A stretch of DNA of 64,000 nucleotides from Flavobacteriales bacterium (GCA_016787985.1 JAEUTC010000043.1:17145-81144); one strand, 5' to 3'. Positions 38,554 to 48,732 are shown, numbered from the stretch's first letter. Notes: generated by a model from the letters alone, not told the origin. Numbers and translations: made by a program.

Positions 38554-39384
38554 ATGGAGCCTTTCGCCCAGATCGAACGTTACTTCAGCAGCATCGACCC
38601 GGTGCTCGCGGCATTCTTGGCCACCACGTTCACCTGGTTGGTCACCGCGGCCGGCGCCAGCTTGGTCTTCTTCTTCGGCAACGCCTCGCGCAAATGGCTC
38701 GATGGCATGCTCGGCTTCACCGGTGGTGTGATGGTGGCGGCGAGCTTCTGGAGCCTGCTCACTCCGAGCATCGACATGAGCGAGCGCATGGGCAACATCC
38801 CCTGGCTGGCGCCGGCGATCGGTTTCGCGGCCGGTGCGCTTTTCCTGTTCGCCTTGGACAAACTGCTTCCACACCTGCACATCAACTTCGACCCTGCGCA
38901 GTCCGAAGGCCCCAGCACCAAGTGGCACAAGACCACCTTGCTCGTCCTGGCGATCACCCTGCACAACATTCCCGAAGGGCTCGCCGTGGGAGTGCTCTTC
39001 GGCGGCGTGGCCGCAGGTATGCCCGAGGCCAGCATCGGCGGGGCGTTGGCGCTGGCCATCGGCATCGGGCTGCAGAACTTCCCCGAAGGTTTCGCGGTGA
39101 GCATGCCCTTGCGACGCCAGGGTCTCAGTAAATTCAGGAGCTTCTGGTACGGTCAGCTCAGCGCCATCGTGGAACCGGTGGCCGGCGTGGTCGGCGCAGT
39201 GGCCGTGATCCACATGCAGGGCTTCCTCCCCTACGCGCTGGCCTTCGCGGCGGGCGCCATGATCTACGTGGTGGTGGAGGAAGTGATCCCCGAAACGCAG
39301 CAGGACAAGTACACGGATATCGCCACGCTCGGCTTCATCGGCGGCTTCATAGTGATGATGATCCTGGACGTGGCCTTGGGGTGA
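38554..39384 (+). CDS. ZIP family metal (Zn/Fe/Mn) transporter, ZupT-like
   Basis: ...HNIPEGLAVG... and ...GLQNFPEGFAVS... are ZIP signature motifs. 8 TM helices. Confidence 0.9.
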   Translation: MEPFAQIERYFSSIDPVLAAFLATTFTWLVTAAGASLVFFFGNASRKWLDGMLGFTGGVMVAASFWSLLTPSIDMSERMGNIPWLAPAIGFAAGALFLFALDKLLPHLHINFDPAQSEGPSTKWHKTTLLVLAITLHNIPEGLAVGVLFGGVAAGMPEASIGGALALAIGIGLQNFPEGFAVSMPLRRQGLSKFRSFWYGQLSAIVEPVAGVVGAVAVIHMQGFLPYALAFAAGAMIYVVVEEVIPETQQDKYTDIATLGFIGGFIVMMILDVALG

Positions 39385-39401
39385 ATTAGCTTCGCGCTCC
39401 C

Positions 39402-39845
39402 ATGTCCAGTACCATCGAGGTCAAGAACCGCAAGGCGGGGTTCGAATACCACCTGCTCGATACGTTCGAGTGCGGCATGGTGCTCATGGGATCCGAGATA
39501 AAGAGCATCCGCAACAACGGCGCCACCATCGGCGAAGCCTTCTGCCAGTTCGTGGGGAACGACCTGCTGGTGCGCGGAATGCAGATCAACCCATGGGGTT
39601 CCAATCCGCACTATGTGCACGAGCCCAAACGCGATCGGAAATTGCTGCTTCACCACAAAGAGCTGGACAAGTTGCGACGGAAGTTGCGCGACACGGGCAT
39701 GACCATTGTGCCAGTGCGGCTCTTCATCGCACCGAACGGTTTCGCCAAGCTGGAGATTGCACTGGCAAAGGGCAAGAAGACCTTCGACAAGCGCGACAGC
39801 TTGAAGGCCAAGGACGTGCAGCGCGACCTGGACCGCATGGGTTGA
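39402..39845 (+). CDS. smpB: SsrA-binding protein SmpB
   Basis: ...KNRKAGFEYHLLDTFECGMVLMGSEIKSIR...K..R.RKLLLHKKELDKL... is near-universal SmpB sequence. Confidence 0.9.
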   Translation: MSSTIEVKNRKAGFEYHLLDTFECGMVLMGSEIKSIRNNGATIGEAFCQFVGNDLLVRGMQINPWGSNPHYVHEPKRDRKLLLHHKELDKLRRKLRDTGMTIVPVRLFIAPNGFAKLEIALAKGKKTFDKRDSLKAKDVQRDLDRMG

Positions 39846-39849
39846 TCCG

Positions 39850-41823
39850 ATGGAGTGGCGCCGCCATATCGCTCGCTACGGCGATGGCTGGTTCCCTGGC
39901 GAACCGTGGGTGAAGTGGTCTTTCGTCGCGCTCTTCGCCCTAGCGGCCGTGCTCCGCTTTTGGAACCTCCCCGGACTGCCCTTCACCCACGACGAATTGA
40001 GCGCACTGATGCGCATCTACCCCACGCTTGGAGAGACCATCCAACGCGGCGTGATCGAGTTGGATACCCATCCGCCCGGCGTCCAGGTGTTCGAGTGGGC
40101 ATGGACCCGAATCTTCGGCACGTCAGAGGCTGCGGTCAAATCCCCTTTCATCCTGCTGGCGCTCATCGCGCTGTTCCCCCTCTATCGCTTTGCCCTCGCC
40201 TGGTCCTCCGCAGGCACCGCATTGGTGAGCACCGCCCTGCTCGCCACGTTGCAATACACGGTGCTGTATGCGCAGATCGCACGGCCCTATGCCATCGGCT
40301 TCTTCACCATCGCGTTGCTAGCGGATCACATCACACGATACCTCGCGTTCAACCGTCGCACGGATCTGTTCGGCATCGGCTTGGCGGCGGTGCTCAGTGC
40401 GTACACACACCACTTTTCCCTATTGCTGGCGGGCATCATGGTGCTATCCACAGGGCCCCTGCTGCTGCGCGAGCAGCGGAAGCCCTTCCTGGTGATGTGT
40501 GTGGTGAGCGCCGTGGCCTATGCACCGAACCTGGGCATCTTCGCCAAACAACTCGGCCTTGGTGGCTTGGGCAACTGGCTGCCACCGCCCGACGCTCAGT
40601 GGCTGCCGCGCTACCTGCAATGGATCCTGCATTTTTCAGAGCCGTTGATGGTGGTTGTCGGTGGGGCCTTCGTGATCGGTCTTGGCCTTGCGGTGAGGCG
40701 GTCCGGTGAACGAAGTCCGGCACGATGGCTGCTTCCCCTTTGGGGGCTTGCCCCGCTGCTGATCGGGTACGGCTACAGTGTTTGGCGATCACCGGTATTG
40801 CAATACAGCTTGGTCCTGTTCAGCTTCCCCTTTCTGGTCCATTGGGTGTTCATGGGGTTCCGGAATGCACCGAAATGGCTGGTGCTCGGGACCGCAGGCC
40901 TGATCGCCATCACCTCCACCACCACGTTGGTCCTGGAACGCCAGCACTATCGCGTCTTCTCCGATACCCCTTACGCGGCCATGGTGCGTGTGATGATGAA
41001 CCACATCGTTCGCGCAGGTCCGGAGCGCAGCTTCGTGATCTTCGATGCGCCACGGCCACAGGTCGAGTTCCACCTTCGTCGGCACGGGATGGATCCTGAA
41101 CAGGGGATCGTTTGGCCCCGCGAGCGGGAAGCCCAAGGGTTGCAGGAGCAGCTGCAAGATCCACAGTGGACGCATGTGGTACTGGGCACCAGCAACGGCT
41201 GCTTGGAAGAACGCGTGGCTTTGGTGCGTGCACACTTCCCCTATCTGGTGCATCTGGAGGATCATGTGGAAGGCCAAGTGCATGTCTTCGCGCGGCAGCA
41301 GCCGGAGCACTCGATCGCCGATCGTCGGTTGCTTCAGGTGATCAGCCCAAGTAGACGGGCCGGGCATGTGCACGTGGACCAAGAACTGACCATGTGGCAC
41401 GACACCGATGCACGGAGATCTTGTTGGGACTTGGTGGATCATGAGTTCGGTATTGAAGCGAAGTACACCCTTCCTGCGCAACCCGATACACGAGAAGATC
41501 TCTATGAAGTGGAAATGGAAGTGTCGCACATCCCGGTAGGCACGGACCTATCCCTAGTGGTCGAATTGCGCAACGCCCGGAACGAATTGCTGCTGTACCG
41601 CGCCAGTGCTGCACCAGCAACGGCAGGCACCGCGGTGGTGGCGCTATCGCCATCCTGGGTCGATGCCGGAGAGGCTCCGCTGGAAGTGAACATGTACGTG
41701 CAGAACAGGACGAAAGGGCCTGCGCGCATCCATGCGTTGCGCCTGTACCGAAGGGAGCAGAACCCGGTGCGCAATGCCCTGCTGGCACCAGTGCGTAACC
41801 TGGGCCACCTTCCCTTGAAATGA
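39850..41823 (+). CDS. GT39/ArnT-like membrane glycosyltransferase (PMT_2 family)
   Basis: N-terminal ~11 TM with FTHDELSAL (DE motif) and DTHPPG loop typical of ArnT/PMT-like GT-C enzymes. Large C-terminal periplasmic domain. Confidence 0.6.
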   Translation: MEWRRHIARYGDGWFPGEPWVKWSFVALFALAAVLRFWNLPGLPFTHDELSALMRIYPTLGETIQRGVIELDTHPPGVQVFEWAWTRIFGTSEAAVKSPFILLALIALFPLYRFALAWSSAGTALVSTALLATLQYTVLYAQIARPYAIGFFTIALLADHITRYLAFNRRTDLFGIGLAAVLSAYTHHFSLLLAGIMVLSTGPLLLREQRKPFLVMCVVSAVAYAPNLGIFAKQLGLGGLGNWLPPPDAQWLPRYLQWILHFSEPLMVVVGGAFVIGLGLAVRRSGERSPARWLLPLWGLAPLLIGYGYSVWRSPVLQYSLVLFSFPFLVHWVFMGFRNAPKWLVLGTAGLIAITSTTTLVLERQHYRVFSDTPYAAMVRVMMNHIVRAGPERSFVIFDAPRPQVEFHLRRHGMDPEQGIVWPREREAQGLQEQLQDPQWTHVVLGTSNGCLEERVALVRAHFPYLVHLEDHVEGQVHVFARQQPEHSIADRRLLQVISPSRRAGHVHVDQELTMWHDTDARRSCWDLVDHEFGIEAKYTLPAQPDTREDLYEVEMEVSHIPVGTDLSLVVELRNARNELLLYRASAAPATAGTAVVALSPSWVDAGEAPLEVNMYVQNRTKGPARIHALRLYRREQNPVRNALLAPVRNLGHLPLK

Positions 41824-41852
41824 AAGAAGGCCGCATGAAGCGGCCTTCTTGT
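41824..41852. terminator. bidirectional rho-independent terminator hairpin
   Basis: aagaaggccgc-atgaa-gcggccttctt: 11-bp GC-rich stem, 5-nt loop, then ...ttgtt. Sits between convergent genes. Confidence 0.6.
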
Positions 41853-41868
41853 TGAACAAGGCTTGGGA

Positions 41869-42822
41869 TCAGAGCTTGAAGCTGAGACCGATCCCGAGGG
41901 TTTGTTTGAATTGGGTAGCTGGGCCGGTGTACGCCAAGCCGGCATCATCCACCCGTGGAAGTTGGGTGTCGTGGTCATAGATCAGCACCGTGTTCAAGGT
42001 GGCGGCGAACCACTCGTTCACCTTGAAGGTCCACAAGGTCTCCCAGGTCACATCGATGTTCTGAGGGTTACGCAGGTAGTTGCTGAAGAGATCGCCGCGT
42101 GTCAGGAAGGTGATGTTCTTGGCCAGGTCTTTTTTGTACTGCAGACGGAGGTAACCACCCAGTTCGAGTTCGGAGGTGCTTCCGTTCTTCACGCCGTACA
42201 CACGGTCATCCGGCCCGAGTCCTTCGAACAGCAGATCATCGTTCACCACTACCATACGGGCCGTGGCGGGCGAGAAGAACACGGTGAAGTTCTCACTGGG
42301 TCGGTAGTCCAGACCCACACCGAGAAGCGCGTAGCCCGGAGCCATGAAGTTCGAGATGCGGTTGCCCTCAGCGTTGAAGCCCTCGGTGAATTGGGTGCGG
42401 AACTGGAAGACACCAGCGAGGTAGAGACTTTTCTTGAGTTCGTAGCCGTACTTGCTGTTCAGTTCGATACGGTCATCGGTCTTCTGCGGCTCCGTGTTGT
42501 TGTGCACGTGCTGGCCACCGAAGGCGAGGATCAAACTGTTGTCCCAGGCTTTGCGTCCTTTCTTCCAGTTGGCCGTGCCGTTGAACATGGCGATACCGCT
42601 CACCGAGCTGAAACCACCAGCCGCCCAGTTGGTCAGGTTCACCTGGGTCATGTTGATGTTGATGATGCCGCTCTTCTTCCATCCATCAGGAATGGTATCG
42701 GGAGGCACTCCGGTCTGCATGGTCGCTGCGGCGGCGTCGCGTGCACCTTTATCCACGTCGTTCTGCGCGATGGTCGGCAGCACAACGAAGAGGGAGAGCA
42801 AAAGGGTTAACGGTCGGTTCAT
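41869..42822 (-). CDS. DUF3078 domain-containing outer-membrane protein
   Basis: Signal peptide MNRPLTLLLSLFVVLPTIAQ, then ...WKKSGIININMTQVNLTNWAAGGFSSVS..., the DUF3078 signature. Start at internal ATG (rc 42820-42822). Confidence 0.7.
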   Translation of the reverse strand: MNRPLTLLLSLFVVLPTIAQNDVDKGARDAAAATMQTGVPPDTIPDGWKKSGIININMTQVNLTNWAAGGFSSVSGIAMFNGTANWKKGRKAWDNSLILAFGGQHVHNNTEPQKTDDRIELNSKYGYELKKSLYLAGVFQFRTQFTEGFNAEGNRISNFMAPGYALLGVGLDYRPSENFTVFFSPATARMVVVNDDLLFEGLGPDDRVYGVKNGSTSELELGGYLRLQYKKDLAKNITFLTRGDLFSNYLRNPQNIDVTWETLWTFKVNEWFAATLNTVLIYDHDTQLPRVDDAGLAYTGPATQFKQTLGIGLSFKL

Positions 42823-42872
42823 GTTCTTTGTGGGTGGTTTTGGTGTCCTTCCGAGGCGCGAAGGAAAGAAGT

Positions 42873-43715
42873 TCAGGCGTGTTTCGTGGTGACGGTCATA
42901 CTGGGTTTCGGCCCGTTGATACCAGCAGCTTGCAAAGCTGTGATCCCTTGTTCTAGGATGCCGAAGTATACGGTCCAGTAGTCCTTGGGGTCGCACCACG
43001 GGCGCACGGCCAGTTCGATGCCTTCCAGGTTCAGCTTGTTCACCGTAACGCTCGGCGCAGGTTCTTGCAACACCAGGGAATTCGCGTTCATCACGCCTTC
43101 CAAGACCTGCCTCACCTTGTCCAAGGGTTCGCCGTAGGCCACGCCCATGGTCAGGTCCACACGCATCTTGCCATCCGCGCTGTAGTTGATGATGTTGCCG
43201 TTGGCCATGGCGCCATTGGGGATGATCGCCGTTTTGTTCTCCGGGGTGAGTAGGACAGTGGTGAAGATCTGGATCTCCTTCACCGTGCCGAGTATGCCTT
43301 GGGCCTCGATCAGGTCGCCCACCTTGTAGGGTTTGAACAACAGGATGAGGGTGCCTCCGGCGAAATTCGCCAGGGTGCCCTGCAAGGCTAGGCCCACGGC
43401 CAGACCCGCCGCGCCTACGATGGCCACGAAGCTGGTGGTGGCCACACCCATCATCTGGATCACCGTGAGGAACAGCAGCACCCGCAAGGAGATGGTGACC
43501 AGGCTGTGCAGGAAACGCTTCAGCGTGGGTTCCACACCACGGCGGTCCAACACCTTGTTCAGCAAGCTGGCGAGCATTCGGATAAGCAACGAACCGATCC
43601 AGAGTACGATGAGGGCCATGAGCACCTTCGGAGCGTACTCCACGACGAGTTGCATGCCCTTGGCGGTCCAAGTGCTCAGTTGGTTCACGGGTTCGGCGAT
43701 GATCTCAGGTTCCAT
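42873..43715 (-). CDS. mechanosensitive ion channel family protein (MscS-like)
   Basis: ...VGDLIEAQGILGTVKEIQIFTTVLLTPENKTAIIPNG... MscS beta-domain signature. 3 TM helices. Confidence 0.85.
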   Translation of the reverse strand: MEPEIIAEPVNQLSTWTAKGMQLVVEYAPKVLMALIVLWIGSLLIRMLASLLNKVLDRRGVEPTLKRFLHSLVTISLRVLLFLTVIQMMGVATTSFVAIVGAAGLAVGLALQGTLANFAGGTLILLFKPYKVGDLIEAQGILGTVKEIQIFTTVLLTPENKTAIIPNGAMANGNIINYSADGKMRVDLTMGVAYGEPLDKVRQVLEGVMNANSLVLQEPAPSVTVNKLNLEGIELAVRPWCDPKDYWTVYFGILEQGITALQAAGINGPKPSMTVTTKHA

Positions 43716-43738
43716 GGTCTGTGGTGGTTAGTGTCCGT

Positions 43739-44632
43739 TCAGGCGAAAGGGGCCTTGTGGGTGGTAGTGGTCTGGTCGACTCGCTGATCGCCCCGTGATT
43801 CCGCTTTCCGCGGAGCGTCGATCACTTCGATCCGTTCGGTCACGAGCCTCTTGCTGGGGATCATCACCACACGGTCGCTCTTGCGCAGGGTCATGCTCAC
43901 ACTATCGATGCGCTCGATCACCCCTTCATCATCGCCGATGCGGACGTGCATGCCCGGCTTGAACCGCTCGTTGCCGTAGTAGCTGCCCAGGATGTTGCTG
44001 AGCACATCGCGCGCGGCGAATCCATAGGCCACACCGAAGGCGAGCAAGAGCCCACCAAGGATGATCTGGATGTTCGTGGTAATGAGGGTCGTATCCACAC
44101 CGGCCACGTTCAGTGCGGTGATGGATGCGAAAACGATGGTGATCACGGCCAGGATACGCCCGACGATACGGCCGGCGGACAACTCGACCACGTTGCTCAA
44201 TTGGCTCACCAATCGGCTCACTTTATCCGCACCCCAGATACCCAGTACGAAGATGGCCAATGCGGTAAGCAGCGTAGGCAGGAAGGCGAACGCGCGCTGC
44301 ACCGCGAAGCTCACCAGATGGAGCCCCATGAGATCAGCGGCCGAAAGCACGGCAATGAGCACCATCAGCCACCATACCATCGTGGCCACAAGGCGTGCCG
44401 GCGTGAATCCACCGAAACGGGCAATAGCACGATCGACACCTGAACGCTGAGCCAATGGATCCAATGTGCGCTCGCCGATACGTAGGGCGATCCACCGGAG
44501 GCCTCTGGCCAGCAACAAGCCGACCAAGAGTACCAACAGGCCGGTTAGCACCGCCGGTAGCCTATCGATGATGGCGGCGCCATAAGTGTTGAACGCCTGG
44601 GGCAGTCGGTCTTGGAAGAAAGTCATGTCCAT
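43739..44632 (-). CDS. mechanosensitive ion channel family protein (MscS-like), second paralog
   Basis: ...PGMHVRIGDDEGVIERIDSVSMTLRKSDRVVMIPSKRL... MscS signature. Start set at MDMTFFQ to avoid overlap with the upstream small ORF. Confidence 0.75.
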   Translation of the reverse strand: MDMTFFQDRLPQAFNTYGAAIIDRLPAVLTGLLVLLVGLLLARGLRWIALRIGERTLDPLAQRSGVDRAIARFGGFTPARLVATMVWWLMVLIAVLSAADLMGLHLVSFAVQRAFAFLPTLLTALAIFVLGIWGADKVSRLVSQLSNVVELSAGRIVGRILAVITIVFASITALNVAGVDTTLITTNIQIILGGLLLAFGVAYGFAARDVLSNILGSYYGNERFKPGMHVRIGDDEGVIERIDSVSMTLRKSDRVVMIPSKRLVTERIEVIDAPRKAESRGDQRVDQTTTTHKAPFA

Positions 44633-44642
44633 GGTGGAGAGA

Positions 44643-44870
44643 TCAAGTAGTTGGGTCCTTCGGGGGTTCAGCGGTGTTCGACTTCCGTCCTTCACCGGAC
44701 CCACCCACGATACGGATCCGTTCGAAAAGTGCCGCGCTGGGGTCGGCCACGAAGAGTTGCAGCATGCGCATGAGCATCATCACGAATTTCACACTTCCCA
44801 CCACTTCGGCACGCAAGTGCTCGGGCGGTTGGTCGGTGGACCGGATCAGCTTGAACGGATTCTCGCTCAT
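44643..44870 (-). CDS. small protein directly downstream of an ECF sigma factor (4-nt overlap); candidate anti-sigma factor
   Basis: ATGA overlap with the sigma gene stop. 75 aa with one hydrophobic segment. Position is typical of cognate anti-sigma. No motif support. Confidence 0.3.
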   Translation of the reverse strand: MSENPFKLIRSTDQPPEHLRAEVVGSVKFVMMLMRMLQLFVADPSAALFERIRIVGGSGEGRKSNTAEPPKDPTT

Positions 44871-45454
44871 GGCTCTTCCGGGAATAAGACGTGATACTTC
44901 GCCAACGCTCGCTCCCGCGCCCGCATGGAGCGCATCTTCACGGCGCTTTCGGAAAGGGCCAGGACATCCATCATGTCCTTCACGGACAATTCATCCTGGT
45001 ACTTCATCAGCAGAATGCCGCGGTCCGCAGGTTCCAAGACATCAAGAACCTTGGCCAGGCGGTCCGCCCGAAGGGAGAGCAGCTCGGCTTCATAGCGTTC
45101 ATCGGCTCCATCATCGATGCGCTCGTCGTCGTCCAACTCGGAGGTCCGCTGCTTTTGGTCCTTGCGCAGATGGTCAAGGCAATAGTTGTAGGTGATGCTG
45201 TACAACCACGTCCCGAAACGACTGCGGTGGTCGAACTTCGTCAGGTTCACGAACGCCTTCAGGAAGATGTCGTGCGTAAGGTCCTGCGCTAGTTCCTTGT
45301 TCCGCGTCATGCTCACGCATTTCTGGAATACCTTGCTCGAGTAGCGGTCGTACAGGATCCCGAAACGGTCCGCGTCCATGTCCCGCTGAAGCTCCGCCAC
45401 GAGGTCCTCGTCGCTAAGCTGGCTGACCGGCTTGGCCTTCTTCCTGAACAACAC
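44867..45454 (-). CDS. RNA polymerase sigma-70 factor, ECF subfamily
   Basis: Region 2 (...DLTHDIFLKAF...FGTWLYSITYNYCLDHLRK...) and region 4 (...LSVKDMMDVLALSESAVKMRSMRARERL...). Confidence 0.85.
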   Translation of the reverse strand: MLFRKKAKPVSQLSDEDLVAELQRDMDADRFGILYDRYSSKVFQKCVSMTRNKELAQDLTHDIFLKAFVNLTKFDHRSRFGTWLYSITYNYCLDHLRKDQKQRTSELDDDERIDDGADERYEAELLSLRADRLAKVLDVLEPADRGILLMKYQDELSVKDMMDVLALSESAVKMRSMRARERALAKYHVLFPEEP

Positions 45455-46165
45455 TTGGGGAGAGCGTATTCGCCGTTTGGACGTGGAGCGGTGAAAAGGT
45501 CACATACGTCGGATCGGAAGCCTGAAAGAAGGCTGAAGGACGCTGCTTATTGATGAGGATGCCGACCGGTGTGTACCCATGGTGCTACGACGCGAAGCCA
45601 CCTGGGAGAGGCGCTGGCTGATAAAGACACTCAAGCCACCTTGATTGACCCGACTAAAGTCAGTTCACAAAGCACGAGCTTGTTGTGCCTCTTGGCGCGA
45701 AAGTACAGCAGACCACTAAATCGCTGCTACCTTGCAATGAAACGCCATTTTGACATCACAATGCACTACCTACTCACAACTAAGTGGTATCCCAGAGCTC
45801 TAGGTTGCGCCATTATGTCATTTGACCAGCGCTCCAACAGCCTTCCTCTCTACAAGATACGACGTCCTACCCACACCTGAGTTATGAACGACTTGCTGTT
45901 CCATGACAATACCCACTCTTGAATCAAAGAATCCATCATTTGACTGATTATCTGACACTTATATCCTCCTCTACTGCCCACATACAACACAACCGGTCAA
46001 GTTAGTTATTAAGGGGTCCTCATTCTGACACGGTATTTGGATGTAACATTGTGCAGCACACCAGATTGTTGATAACATGTTGACAAGAAAACGCACAGAG
46101 GGTAGATTTGGCAAATATTTGGAGGCGTCCAGCAGAAGGTCTTCGACTAATGAACTCTAAGGCCG

Positions 46166-46396
46166 ATGAATCCAATTGAACTAGCAGACCTCATTAGGCA
46201 GTACTCGACTAATGCCAAGGTCAATCGTGAGAACTACGAGGCTGAGTTGCTTCGCATTGTTCAGGACGAGAATCAATTCAACGAACGCGTAATCAACCTT
46301 CATCGCGAGCGTGAACGAATGGAGGAAGAAGCAGAAGCCAATCGCTCATTCGATCCTGAAGTACTTCGTGTTGTGATATCTTATAAGGCCCGTTGA
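46166..46396 (+). CDS. small charged alpha-helical protein (76 aa), hypothetical; first gene of AT-rich island
   Basis: AT-rich codon usage distinct from the host. Predicted coiled-coil-like E/R-rich sequence. Confidence 0.4.
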   Translation: MNPIELADLIRQYSTNAKVNRENYEAELLRIVQDENQFNERVINLHRERERMEEEAEANRSFDPEVLRVVISYKAR

Positions 46397-46417
46397 GTTC
46401 TACGCTCAACGCTAATA

Positions 46418-48013
46418 ATGACATCAAGTTCTTCCTGGTCTCACTACATCTGCCCAGAAGCTCAGAGTCCAAGTGAGTGGATTCTTGAGACTCTAGTCAA
46501 AATTGCAAGGAAACGCTTTCCCAGCTATAAGTACAAGGACTTAAAGAGAGATGCCCATCTCGGTTACTTCGCGGACTACTTCTCAAGTCAATCTAGGTTC
46601 ATCGCGGCAACAATCATATGTGAGCACGAATATCACAGTGTGAGCTATGCGAGTGACTATTCGAGGTATTATAGTCAAGCGCATCGCAACATTGAGAAGA
46701 AAGTTGCTCGGATTCACTTCTTCTCAGAACGTCTTCCTCGTAAAACTATAATTGATTCGTTAGGTACAGCAAATTTTAAAACGTACGTCGCAGAGAATTA
46801 TCTTGGTCATATAACGCTGAAGCCCATTCTAAACTCACTTGTAGGAGCCTCTATAGTCAAGACATACCCACAAACGAAAGCCAGATTTTTTTCCGTTGTA
46901 CGGAACTATACCGTCAATCTCTTTGGAGAAGACATTAATTTAAAATCACTTGTATTCCAACAACAAGATGGCGCGGTAAGCGCATGTGCCACTGCTGCAC
47001 TATGGATGGCCTTCCACAAAACACATCTTGATTTCAGACATGCACTGCATACACCTCACGAAATCACATCACTAGCAGGCTATGGGGACGGTGTTGGTCG
47101 AAACTTTCCCAGCACAGGACTTGATGTAAACCAAATTATTTCCGCAATAGCTGCCCATGGCCTCGACCCTGAGTTGCGCACTCGAAACAAGTTTAAGACT
47201 ACATATCTGAAAGACGACCAACTCGTCACAGAGTCGGTGCTTGAACCCATTTTCCTAAAACGATTCGCATATTCATACCTATCAGCTCAAATACCAGTGC
47301 TACTTGGCTTCAACTATGGTACTGCGTATCACCTAGTCACACTAAACGGATACCGTTTTGTTGATGACGAGAAAGAAATTATGTCCTTGAATCATGTCAA
47401 AGACGACCATCCAATGATAGCTGATTATTTATGCCGACTTTATTGTCATGATGATCAAATTGGCCCTTTCGCTCGAATTGGTTTTCCTCAGTATTTTCCG
47501 AATGCAATTTCTTTCATGCAGGAAAGCAAAATAGCTTACCCCAGAGTTTTGATTGTGCCTTTGCAAACTAGTATAAGAGTGAATTATAATGACATTAGCG
47601 ATGTAGTGCGATGGACACATCTTCAATATAAAGTGCCGGGGCAGCCAACGCCATATATATGGGATATTAGACTCCTCCGCAGTAATGACTACAAAAGGAC
47701 AGCATGCCGCAATCGAGGAATTTTACCATCGATTCGAGAAAAAATCGTAACCGCCTCATTGCCTAAATATGTTTGGGTTGCCTCCCAATACGCTGCGACA
47801 GATTTGCAACACCCTCTAATGGACATGGTATTTGATTCAACTGGCACTCGTGGTGCCTTCTGTTGTGACATGATTCATTTCTATAGTCCTGCCCAAGCAA
47901 ATCTGGCTCGAAGAGTATTTGAACAGGTACTAGCAAGTAGTAAGGATGACTACCCCGACTTTTATGCAGACATGATCGTCGAGTCCGCAACGAAACACCT
48001 TGCAAACACATGA
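46418..48013 (+). CDS. hypothetical 531-aa protein with central C39/papain-like cysteine peptidase signature
   Basis: ...VFQQQDGAVSACATAALWMAF... (Gln-then-Cys motif resembling C39 Q..DCG.A.L.M) and downstream ...GTAYHLVTLNGYRFVDDE (His then Asp). N- and C-terminal extensions are unrecognised. AT-rich codons. Confidence 0.55.
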   Translation: MTSSSSWSHYICPEAQSPSEWILETLVKIARKRFPSYKYKDLKRDAHLGYFADYFSSQSRFIAATIICEHEYHSVSYASDYSRYYSQAHRNIEKKVARIHFFSERLPRKTIIDSLGTANFKTYVAENYLGHITLKPILNSLVGASIVKTYPQTKARFFSVVRNYTVNLFGEDINLKSLVFQQQDGAVSACATAALWMAFHKTHLDFRHALHTPHEITSLAGYGDGVGRNFPSTGLDVNQIISAIAAHGLDPELRTRNKFKTTYLKDDQLVTESVLEPIFLKRFAYSYLSAQIPVLLGFNYGTAYHLVTLNGYRFVDDEKEIMSLNHVKDDHPMIADYLCRLYCHDDQIGPFARIGFPQYFPNAISFMQESKIAYPRVLIVPLQTSIRVNYNDISDVVRWTHLQYKVPGQPTPYIWDIRLLRSNDYKRTACRNRGILPSIREKIVTASLPKYVWVASQYAATDLQHPLMDMVFDSTGTRGAFCCDMIHFYSPAQANLARRVFEQVLASSKDDYPDFYADMIVESATKHLANT

Positions 48014-48732
48014 ACTACCTGGCAAAATATCAAGGAGCAACCAAATCATGGGTGCATGAGCCCGTATCAAATGAAAGACTAGTTGAAGACCTACCTGAGT
48101 TGCTGAGTAAGGTGAATAGAGACCTCGACTTTGTCTGTATGTTCAATGGTGGTGATTGGAGTGAGCTCAATTTAGTGCTTCAGAATCCAGAGTTTCAAAA
48201 GGAGCTGCATGAAATAAGCAAGAATAAAGTTCTCTTTGTTCATCTCGTTATGAAAGGCCGAAATGATACTGGAGAGCGATTCGGCGATTTGGCACAAATC
48301 GAATTCGGCGATGACAGTAGAGCCGAATTTTGGCGAGCCTTTCTGGCGAAGAATTTTAAAGATCGGGCAGGTTCTTACATAGAGGAAATGTCTGACCTTC
48401 TAAGCAGGCCGTCAATCGCAATTTTTCGATTGTTCCGTAACTTGGATTCTAACGAAGCTCAGAGTATTGAAGATGCATTTGTACAGCCATTAATGCCAGT
48501 TTCGCGGGCAGCATACGAGAGAGACCCACTTAAGGTAGACGACATTTATGAATCCACTCTGGAGTACTTCAAGCTCATTAATGATCAAATCATTAGTGAC
48601 CAGCAACATTGGCAGGACATGAAAAAAAGAGAAGATATGCGCACATGGCTGGAGCCCCTAATCAAGAACACCCCAAAGGGGGTAAGTCTCTCAAAAATAA
48701 TTGTAATGAGCGCTTCTCAGTTCTTTGGATAA
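48010..48732 (+). CDS. hypothetical 240-aa protein, translationally coupled (ATGA overlap) to the peptidase-like gene
   Basis: 4-nt overlap. AT-rich codon usage. No domain recognised. Confidence 0.5.
   Translation: MNYLAKYQGATKSWVHEPVSNERLVEDLPELLSKVNRDLDFVCMFNGGDWSELNLVLQNPEFQKELHEISKNKVLFVHLVMKGRNDTGERFGDLAQIEFGDDSRAEFWRAFLAKNFKDRAGSYIEEMSDLLSRPSIAIFRLFRNLDSNEAQSIEDAFVQPLMPVSRAAYERDPLKVDDIYESTLEYFKLINDQIISDQQHWQDMKKREDMRTWLEPLIKNTPKGVSLSKIIVMSASQFFG

Noticed and set aside
41863-42810. 315-aa plus-strand ORF
   Set aside because: Antisense to the DUF3078 gene.
45455-46165. Possible tmRNA or other structured ncRNA in the 700-bp noncoding leader of the AT-rich island
   Set aside because: No tRNA-like TTCGA(A/T)TC T-loop or acceptor mimic was found. 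Nothing recognisable. Kept only as part of the island finding.
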